Shown: piece after piece, positions 8,791 through 15,525 of the stretch
Position numbering within the stretch: the first letter of the stretch is position 1
Layout: every line of letters begins with the position of its first letter
Source of the DNA: Oligoflexales bacterium
GTDB taxonomy: Bacteria; Bdellovibrionota_B; Oligoflexia; Oligoflexales; RGVZ01
NCBI GenBank assembly: GCA_044236265.1
Contig: JBIIGV010000056.1
Coordinates: 1-18,841 of the forward strand
Reading direction: 5' to 3'
Length of the DNA stretch: 18,841 nt
Notes under the pieces: model-generated
What the model was told of the DNA's origin: nothing
The model's input: only the letters and a program-made list of their open reading frames with translations
Databases searched by the model: none
Translations under genes and position numbers: made by a program

Positions 8791-9621
8791 ATGAACATGG
8801 ATATGTTATCAGACTTGGTTAAAGAAGGGCCAGTAACGAAACTTCTCATCGTCTTACTGGGAGTGCTGTTTGGGTATCTCCTGGGTAATGTTGCGAGTAG
8901 GGCTCTCGGGCGAGCTCTCTCCAGAGCTCTTGCACAGCATCAGATTGGTGTTGCCAGGCGACTGGTTTTTTATGGAGTTTTTGTCCTCTGTGTTTTGACG
9001 GGACTGGATGAGGCTGGCATCAACCTCAGCGTTCTGGTGGGAGCCGCTGGTATCGCATCGGTTGCCATCGGATTTGCAAGTCAAACGACCATGTCCAATT
9101 TGATTAGCGGTCTTTTTATGCTGCTCGAGCGTCCGTTTACCATTGGAGACGTGATCAAGATCGGCTCCACCACTGGTGAGGTTTCCTCGTTAGGCCTTCT
9201 TTCAACAATTTTGAGAACTCCAGAGAACACGATGGTACGGATTCCCAACGAGACTTTGATGAAGTCGGAAATTGTGAACACCACGAGGTTTGCTCATCGT
9301 CGTGTTGAGTTGTTAATCGGGATTTCTTACGCTGCAGATATTGGCAGCGTAAGAATGCTGGTCATGAACGTCCTGAACGGACTTGAGTTAACTCGGAAAG
9401 AGCCTGCGCCTATGGTCCATTTTAAGTCTTTTGGTGATAACGCAGTCCTGCTTGGAGCTGAGTTTTGGGTTGAACGGGAGCGTTTGCTTGAGGCTCAAAA
9501 CACAGCAGCCGATGCTGTAAAAAAGGCGCTGGAGCAAGCTAAGATCGAGTTGCCGTTTCCACAAAGGACACTTAGTTTTCAACCCAATCAGACCGTGCGC
9601 GTTGAAGTCGCAAAAACGTAG
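8791..9621 (+). CDS. mscS: Small-conductance mechanosensitive channel
   Basis: Three TM segments, GAAGIASVAIGFASQ..SNLISG, RPFTIGDVI, VRIPN and IELPFPQR. SD GAGGTG at 8775-8780. Confidence 0.95.
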   Translation: MNMDMLSDLVKEGPVTKLLIVLLGVLFGYLLGNVASRALGRALSRALAQHQIGVARRLVFYGVFVLCVLTGLDEAGINLSVLVGAAGIASVAIGFASQTTMSNLISGLFMLLERPFTIGDVIKIGSTTGEVSSLGLLSTILRTPENTMVRIPNETLMKSEIVNTTRFAHRRVELLIGISYAADIGSVRMLVMNVLNGLELTRKEPAPMVHFKSFGDNAVLLGAEFWVERERLLEAQNTAADAVKKALEQAKIELPFPQRTLSFQPNQTVRVEVAKT

Positions 9622-9681
9622 TAAAAGTTTCGCTCTTTTTATATTTGTGTTTGGTTAGGTCTGACGTCTAGTCTTGCGACC

Positions 9682-10674
9682 TTAATTGTAAGCAATGTGA
9701 ACCAGTGCGTCTCCGTGCCCGACCACTGGATTACGTGTAATGCCGATAACAGAGCCAGCCCTGGGAGCTTTGAGCACAGTCATACCCTCGCCAAAAGCGT
9801 CGGCTATAAATCCCAGAAATTGATCCCGCTCAACAGTTTGACCTGTCTCAACCTGGCTGCGAAATAGGCCACCCTTGGTAGCGCGGATCCACTTAGTCGA
9901 TTCATAGATCTTGGATGGTTCTGGTTTATGGCGACGTAGTTTTTTGATGTGGAGGTCGCGCGCTGAAATCATGCCGAGATGATCCATCACCCCGAGTAAC
10001 CCCCACAAACCCGTGTCAATAGCATCACGATCAAACCGGCCTGCATCGCCAGCTTCATAGACGATGCTGGTAAGTCCGATGTTCGACGCAGCCCAGCGTA
10101 GAGATCCATCGCGTTCTGCCGAGTGAATAATGAATGGTGCTCCAAATGACTTCGCACAGGCAGCGGCCTCCGGTTTGTTAAGACTGGCGCGCACCTGCGG
10201 TGCGTTGCTGCGATGAGCACTTGCAGAGTGAATGTCCACCAGATGGGTGCAATGTTTGATGACATCTTCCATGACTGTGAACGCAATGCGTGACGCTTGG
10301 CTCCCAGATTTTTTGCCAGGAAAGGAGCGATTGAGGTCTCGACGATCCGGAAGATAGCGGCTCTGCGTCATGAATGCCGGTACGTTGACGATAGGAATTG
10401 CAATTAAAGTTCCAGCAAGTATTGACGGAGATAATAGCGGCAAAAGCTGTCGAATAATTTCAATCCCGTTTAACTCGTCACCGTGAATCGTGCTTGTGAC
10501 GGCAAGTACGGGTCCGTCTTCGTCTCCTGCAATAACTTCAATCGGCATGCTCAGGGCGCCTTGCGTCGCAAGCATAGTGATGGGGATTTCAACCCTCATC
10601 TGTTCGCCGCGGTCAATGAATTCCGAGCCGATTTTGATTGGCTTATCTTCAGAAGGTCTTTTAAACCGACTCAT
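9682..10674 (-). CDS. Succinylglutamate desuccinylase/aspartoacylase family (M14-like Zn hydrolase), RimK-associated
   Basis: Zn and substrate motifs IHGDELNG, RDLNRSFPG, VDIHS and YEAG; C-terminal biotinyl/lipoyl-like barrel. Starts 3 nt after the rimK stop. Confidence 0.92.
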   Translation of the reverse strand: MSRFKRPSEDKPIKIGSEFIDRGEQMRVEIPITMLATQGALSMPIEVIAGDEDGPVLAVTSTIHGDELNGIEIIRQLLPLLSPSILAGTLIAIPIVNVPAFMTQSRYLPDRRDLNRSFPGKKSGSQASRIAFTVMEDVIKHCTHLVDIHSASAHRSNAPQVRASLNKPEAAACAKSFGAPFIIHSAERDGSLRWAASNIGLTSIVYEAGDAGRFDRDAIDTGLWGLLGVMDHLGMISARDLHIKKLRRHKPEPSKIYESTKWIRATKGGLFRSQVETGQTVERDQFLGFIADAFGEGMTVLKAPRAGSVIGITRNPVVGHGDALVHIAYN

Positions 10675-10677
10675 GCT

Positions 10678-11574
10678 CTATCCCTCAAATGCCCGGACGG
10701 AATCAAGGTTTTCCTCCAGATAATGAATGATGGCTCCCGCAACGTCGATTCCTGTCGCGGATTCGATTCCCTGCAAACCTGGTGATGAATTGATTTCAAG
10801 GACCTTGGGTCCGCTTTTAGAGCGAAGCATGTCCACACCTGCGACTTTCAAACCCACTGCGCGACAAGCCATCAGTGCGGTTTGAATTTCTTCGTCTGTT
10901 AGTTCGACACTTTCTGATTTTGCGCCGCGGTGAATGTTGGCCCTAAATTCACCCTTGGCTGCTTTTCTTCGCATGGCCGCAATCACCTTGTCGCCGACGA
11001 CAAATGCGCGGATATCTTCGCCCTGAGCTTCTTGAATATATTCTTGAACAAGAATATGCGCCGATAGACCGCGGAAAGCCTCAATCATGGATTTGGCGGA
11101 TGCATATGTTTCTGCGAGAACCACGCCAATACCTTGAGTCCCTTCAATTAGCTTGATGACAACAGGGGGACCACCGACCATGTTAATCAGTCCGTCAGTA
11201 TCTTGGGTGCTGTGAGCAAATCCGGTGACCGGAAGACCGACTTTTTCCTTGGCCAGGATTTGCATGCAGCGCAGTTTATCCCGTGACCGAGCGATGGCTT
11301 GAGAACCATTGGCTGTGAGTGTGTTGGTTAGTTCAAACTGCCGAACGATAGCCGTGCCGTAAAATGTATTGGAGGCGCCGACGCGCGGAATGATGGCATC
11401 GTAGTGTTCGAGGTGCTTACCCGCATACATCACACACGGATCATCAGATGAGACGTTGATGTAGCAGCGCATGTAGTCCACCACCTTGACATGGTGACCG
11501 CGCGCATCGGCAGCCGCCTTCAATCTCGAAGTGGAATAAAGGCTGGCGTCTTGGGACAAAATGGCTAGTTTCAC
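10678..11574 (-). CDS. rimK: RimK family ATP-grasp alpha-L-glutamate ligase
   Basis: [61 protein letters not shown] and EINSSPG. GTG start with SD GGAGG. Confidence 0.96.
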   Translation of the reverse strand: MKLAILSQDASLYSTSRLKAAADARGHHVKVVDYMRCYINVSSDDPCVMYAGKHLEHYDAIIPRVGASNTFYGTAIVRQFELTNTLTANGSQAIARSRDKLRCMQILAKEKVGLPVTGFAHSTQDTDGLINMVGGPPVVIKLIEGTQGIGVVLAETYASAKSMIEAFRGLSAHILVQEYIQEAQGEDIRAFVVGDKVIAAMRRKAAKGEFRANIHRGAKSESVELTDEEIQTALMACRAVGLKVAGVDMLRSKSGPKVLEINSSPGLQGIESATGIDVAGAIIHYLEENLDSVRAFEG

Positions 11575-11735
11575 AATAACCTCCGAGCTTCAGGCTCATC
11601 TAAGATTATCCGGCTCTAACACGCTAATAACAATGGGTTAATTATGCCTATAAGACGTAAGATTTTGTGACTTGAGACGGGGTTGGACCTGTGCTAAACG
11701 GGCAGTTCACTGGAGAGGAGGGCTTCCGAAGTCCT

Positions 11736-12653
11736 ATGCAGCAGAACACTGCCCGAAGACCTTACAACCACTGCCGCTACGCCGGAAATATCGGCGATGT
11801 ATGGAAACATATTCTTCTCATTGACGCTCTCAGGACGTTGTCGTCTGATTCCCCGAAGTCTTTTCATTATGTAGAAACCCATGCTGGACCTGGATACGCT
11901 CGATTGGGTGAAAACGGCGATTGGCGGCGCGGCATTGGTAGATTTATGGATGGTACTGCTGAGCTACTCGATCATTATTATTTTAATCTTGTGCTTCCAG
12001 CAATGAATGCCAATTTCCTCTATAAAGGTTCTTGGGTTCTTGCAGCAGAGTTTTTACGAAATGTGGGACATCCGAATTTCAAGCTGACCGTTCACGAGGT
12101 GAACGCCGACACCCTCAAGATGGCAGGAAGTGCAATCCGTAAGGGGCAGTTATCTCAATGGGTCAAGCTCGAGCCCAAAAGTGGCTATGACGCACTACAG
12201 AAGGTTGAAAAAGCAGATCTAGTCTTAGTTGATCCACCGTATCGCAGCAGTGACGGCACAGCAGATGACTGGGACAAAGTCATGAACGCTCTGGCGCGGG
12301 TCAAGTCCATGGCTCGGCACTGGATGGTTTGGTATCCGCTATTTCGCAGACAAGAGCCCGATGCCTTAATCGCCATGTCAGGTGGTGCGTCATTTGAATT
12401 ATCTTGGGCCGAGGATGCTCCGGGGTGGGTCATGAAAGGCTGTGGTTTATTGATGGATCCGGCGTCTGCCAAAATTTTGAAACAACGATCCAGTTGGCTT
12501 GCAAGTCTTGCTGAGCGACTGGGTGGTCGCTTTGATTTAAGGTCATCGGCGACAGCAACGGCCCCGGATCAAGATATTGTCGGAGTGCCGCAAGTCTCCT
12601 CTGGCTTGATTCCAGGTCAAGCAGCTCCGCTGGTCAGCGATCAACTAAATTAA
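11736..12653 (+). CDS. rlmJ: RlmJ-like adenine N6-methyltransferase (23S rRNA A2030 family), divergent
   Basis: YNHCRYAGNIGDVWKH resembles the RlmJ HAGNxxDVxKH motif; SAM-binding YVETHAGPG; catalytic LVDPPY; VWYP. Start is ATG 11736 or GTG 11691. Confidence 0.78.
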   Translation: MQQNTARRPYNHCRYAGNIGDVWKHILLIDALRTLSSDSPKSFHYVETHAGPGYARLGENGDWRRGIGRFMDGTAELLDHYYFNLVLPAMNANFLYKGSWVLAAEFLRNVGHPNFKLTVHEVNADTLKMAGSAIRKGQLSQWVKLEPKSGYDALQKVEKADLVLVDPPYRSSDGTADDWDKVMNALARVKSMARHWMVWYPLFRRQEPDALIAMSGGASFELSWAEDAPGWVMKGCGLLMDPASAKILKQRSSWLASLAERLGGRFDLRSSATATAPDQDIVGVPQVSSGLIPGQAAPLVSDQLN

Positions 12654-12664
12654 TTTAATTGGCG

Positions 12665-12702
12665 CAGCGCCCGAGGGAATGAGACGACTCCCTGGGGCGC
12701 TG
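12665..12702. terminator. Hairpin between convergent genes, probable terminator
   Basis: CAGCGCCC-g-AGGGA (12665-12678) pairs with TCCCT-g-GGGCGCTG (12689-12702): 13 bp with one mismatch and an AT-rich tract on the left side. Confidence 0.6.
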
Positions 12703-12728
12703 GTGGATGAGATGAATGACGATACCGA

Positions 12729-13739
12729 TTATTTCAGATTTGCAAGCAGTACAGATAAATCAAGGATGTCAACGATACCGTCGAAATTAAAGTCCCCATC
12801 ACCCCAAGTCGCCGCAGCTCCCGTATCATATTTTCCAGCACTGATGATCAGTTCAACGTCAGATTGATTGACCACACCGTCGGAATTCGCATCTCCGGCG
12901 ATTCGCGGATTCTCAAGGTTTGCGAGGAGGTCTGCCATATCAGTGATGTCTACAAAACCATCCATGTTAAAGTCCCCGTCAGTCCACAATGCTGCGGCGC
13001 CGGTGTCCATTTTACCAGCTGCCAACACTTGCACGACGTCGGCGTTGTTAACTTTGCCGTCGCCATTGGCGTCTCCCTGCCTTTTTCCTGAGTTGGTAAA
13101 TGTGCCGTATGCCAAGAGATCTGCGGCTTCCAAATCATCAACGAGGCCATCTCCGTTGAAGTCACAGTCGTCCCAGGTAGCCGATCCAGAAAACTTATTG
13201 AAGTTTTGCATGAACTTATCGATATCTGATTGGTTTGCGATACCATCTCCTGTGCAATCACCCATCACGCGTTTTAAACCGCTTTGACTCAAATTGGCTT
13301 GCAGCAACTTTAGATCGTCTTCTTTGAACAACCCGTCGCCGTTAAAGTCACCCTGCTCCCAGGTTGCTGCCTGCGATGATTTGTACTTACCTGCACCCAT
13401 CACTTGGTCGGCATCTTTGGAATTGACGACGCCATCGTTGTTAGCATCTCCAGGTTTTTTACTTTCTGGAATGGAACTGAGGAGAATACTGATATCGGCC
13501 TTGTCACATTTCCCGTCTCCGTTGAGGTCTCCTTCCTCTCGGGTAGCGCTGGCATCTTTTAGGCACTTGCCGGCACTCAGGATTTTTTCCAAATCTCCTG
13601 AACCTACCTTGCCGTCCTTGTCGACATCGCCATTGGAGACTGAAGCCCCCGACGATTTACTTGGATCGATGGCACCGCAGGACGCTGTGACTCCAATCGA
13701 CACTAGAACAATCAGTTTTGCAAAATTAAAACTGCTCAT
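12729..13739 (-). CDS. Lipoprotein composed of five tandem dockerin-like (Ca2+-binding) modules
   Basis: SD AAGGAGG before ATG 13739; lipobox VTAS-C; ten GDxNxDGxVxxxD-type loops arranged in five pairs, with linkers like AGKYDTGAAATWGDGDFN. Confidence 0.85.
   Translation of the reverse strand: MSSFNFAKLIVLVSIGVTASCGAIDPSKSSGASVSNGDVDKDGKVGSGDLEKILSAGKCLKDASATREEGDLNGDGKCDKADISILLSSIPESKKPGDANNDGVVNSKDADQVMGAGKYKSSQAATWEQGDFNGDGLFKEDDLKLLQANLSQSGLKRVMGDCTGDGIANQSDIDKFMQNFNKFSGSATWDDCDFNGDGLVDDLEAADLLAYGTFTNSGKRQGDANGDGKVNNADVVQVLAAGKMDTGAAALWTDGDFNMDGFVDITDMADLLANLENPRIAGDANSDGVVNQSDVELIISAGKYDTGAAATWGDGDFNFDGIVDILDLSVLLANLK
12732..13631 (-). repeat. Five ~60-aa tandem dockerin-like repeats (protein level, diverged at DNA level)
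   Basis: Loop pairs: GDVDKDG/GDLNGDG, GDANNDG/GDFNGDG, GDCTGDG/CDFNGDG, GDANGDG/GDFNMDG, GDANSDG/GDFNFDG. Confidence 0.85.
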
Positions 13740-13815
13740 CGACAACCTCCTTGCCCATAACAGCATGGGGCAAACTGTTTGAGGAGGCAGTCGGATTGAG
13801 ACGGGTACGACTTGA
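13740..13815 (-). promoter_or_regulatory. Leader with SD/anti-SD inverted repeat and sigma28-like promoter candidate
   Basis: On the minus strand CGAC-tg-CCTCCT (13793-13782) pairs with AGGAGG-tt-GTCG (13751-13740), enclosing a TGCCC/GGGCA inner stem. TCAAG-N15-TCCGACTG lies at 13815-13788. Confidence 0.4.
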
Positions 13816-13935
13816 AAAAAACAGAATAACTTAAAAGTATCAATATATTATGTCGACAAGGTTTCGGTAACGATTGATCCCATGTCAGGTTATCTAAGGG
13901 GCGGCAGCCCTCCACAGTAAACCCGATCGCAGGCC

Positions 13936-14289
13936 CTATTTTCGACAGCGAAAACAGAGCCGTCTCAGAACATCGGCTCCGCGCATCATGGATCGACTGG
14001 CGACAACTGCCATGCCCAATTTTTGAGCAATCCAGTTCATCTCCTCTAAGGTTGGATGATGCTCTAATAGCCATTGCCACGCCTCTGTACCGACCAAAGT
14101 CCTACGGGCGCCCCCTTCAGCAACCTCGACTTCGAGATTTGCAGGCCTATTTTCAATACTCGCAGCGAAGACAATTTGATCTGATGGCACGCGTTTTGCC
14201 ATAAAGTCAGCCAACGAACGGCACAGTGAGCAGTCAGCATCATAACGAACTACGGCCGGCCTTGTGCTGGCGGCTGCATAATTCTGCAT
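13936..14289 (-). CDS. DCC1/DUF393-like thiol-disulfide oxidoreductase family protein
   Basis: N-terminal VRYDADCSLC is the DxxCxxC signature; a second CFRC sits at the C-terminus. The ORF-track extension to 14484 runs antisense through the tRNA, so ATG 14289 (or 14319) is preferred. Confidence 0.7.
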   Translation of the reverse strand: MQNYAAASTRPAVVRYDADCSLCRSLADFMAKRVPSDQIVFAASIENRPANLEVEVAEGGARRTLVGTEAWQWLLEHHPTLEEMNWIAQKLGMAVVASRSMMRGADVLRRLCFRCRK

Positions 14290-14312
14290 CGCTCGATCAT
14301 CATGAGTGTTTT

Positions 14313-14340
14313 TTGACATTTCCATAGAAAATACTATACA
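14313..14340 (+). promoter_or_regulatory. Sigma70-type promoter of tRNA-Leu
   Basis: Perfect TTGACA at 14313-14318, a 16-nt spacer and TATACA at 14335-14340, 10 nt before the tRNA 5' end. Confidence 0.55.
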
Positions 14341-14350
14341 ACATTCGGAC

Positions 14351-14433
14351 GCTCCCGTGGTGGAATCGGTAGACACAGGGGATTTAAAATCCCCCGGCCA
14401 CAAGCTGTGCCAGTTCAAGTCTGGCCGGGAGCA
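14351..14433 (+). tRNA. tRNA-Leu (anticodon TAA), CCA not encoded
   Basis: Acceptor stem GCTCCCG/CGGGAGC plus discriminator A; D arm GTGGAATCGGTAGACAC; anticodon arm GGGGA-TTTAAAA-TCCCC; long variable arm CGGC-CACAA-GCTG; T arm GCCAG-TTCAAGT-CTGGC. Confidence 0.97.
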
Positions 14434-14538
14434 CTCCTCGTTCACCAGGATTTTCCTGACGCGTCCTTCGTTTTTGGCAATCATCTAAGTCTCCTGCTAA
14501 TCTATTAAGAGTACTCAATCTGTTGATAGGGGGCTCTG

Positions 14539-15516
14539 ATGCGTTCAAAGGTCGCAGGTCTTTTGATTCTAACTCTGGCTACTTTTGCCAGTTGTAAACA
14601 CAGGGACCCTCAAAGTTCATCGCGTCTGATGGACGATGCGGCGCCGCCACCCCCAGAAAACCAGGATGCCGTCGGTAATGCTCTCGCACAAACCTTTGCC
14701 GCAATCTATGCAGAGCATAAAGGTGACCTTTCGGCAGCCGTGAAAGCCATTCAGACGGATGACACGATGGGGCAGGAAGTCAAAAAACTTCTTTTACAGA
14801 AGATACAGGCGTTGCGTGGGGCGTCTGCCCGCGGTGACATCAATATCGACTTTGTTATGGACTTTGAGGCAGCTGACAAAGAGCTTCAGTTTATCTCCAA
14901 TATTTTGGCAGACACCAAGTTTAAGGAAAATGCCGACCTCGTTAAGTTTGTAAAAGAAAATAAGCCAATTTTTTGCGTTTATGAGTTGGCCGCCAATAAT
15001 TGGGATATTGAGCGAACCTGCGTCGATGTGACCCGAATTGCTGCTGAGATTTACTCAGCGATTAAGTCGGGAGCTTTCTTCACAGATCCAAACATCATGG
15101 CGTCGATCAAGGCGCGGGTTGTTTACAAGGAGCTCGTGGACTTTGATAAAATTGGCAAAGTTTGGGACGGTAAGTCAGCTGACGAAGTTTACGCGTGGAG
15201 CAAGGACAAATTAGCAAATCTTCCCATTGAAAACTCCGCGATTCGCCTAGTCGGTGAGGCAATCTCGCTACGCAATGCTTGGATCAGAGCCATGGCCGTG
15301 GGTGATGAGGCTGCTGCGATCCGTTACGAGGAAAAAATGCGGGATCTCCGCAATCATAGTCCTGACCAACGACGTGTGATCGAATATAGCAACGTTGACA
15401 AAAAAGAGAGCCTCATAACGCGCTTGATCCGGATCTACAATCTTTCAGAGACCGAGCTGAAGAAGCGGGTCAAATCTTATGAAGACTCCCAAAAGCCTTG
15501 GTGGGTCTTCTGGTGA
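14539..15516 (+). CDS. Hypothetical helical lipoprotein with C-terminal KPWWVFW
   Basis: Signal MRSKVAGLLILTLATFAS-C; 325-aa ORF; AGGGGG before the ATG; no family recognised. Confidence 0.8.
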   Translation: MRSKVAGLLILTLATFASCKHRDPQSSSRLMDDAAPPPPENQDAVGNALAQTFAAIYAEHKGDLSAAVKAIQTDDTMGQEVKKLLLQKIQALRGASARGDINIDFVMDFEAADKELQFISNILADTKFKENADLVKFVKENKPIFCVYELAANNWDIERTCVDVTRIAAEIYSAIKSGAFFTDPNIMASIKARVVYKELVDFDKIGKVWDGKSADEVYAWSKDKLANLPIENSAIRLVGEAISLRNAWIRAMAVGDEAAAIRYEEKMRDLRNHSPDQRRVIEYSNVDKKESLITRLIRIYNLSETELKKRVKSYEDSQKPWWVFW

Positions 15517-15525
15517 TGTAATCCT

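Noticed and set aside
12868..13782. Plus-strand ORFs 12868..13287 and 13294..13782 with repeated PSPLKSP
   Set aside because: They are antisense shadows of the GDFNGDG repeats.
13832..13859. Plus-strand TAAA-N16-GTCGACAA, a sigma28-like sequence
   Set aside because: It points antisense into the DCC gene with no plus-strand gene to drive, and lies in AT-rich DNA where chance matches are likely. Not supportable without TSS data.
14290..14484. N-terminal extension of the 13936..14484 ORF and the 14306..14488 plus-strand ORF
   Set aside because: Both overlap the clear tRNA-Leu gene and its promoter, so they are chance open frames.
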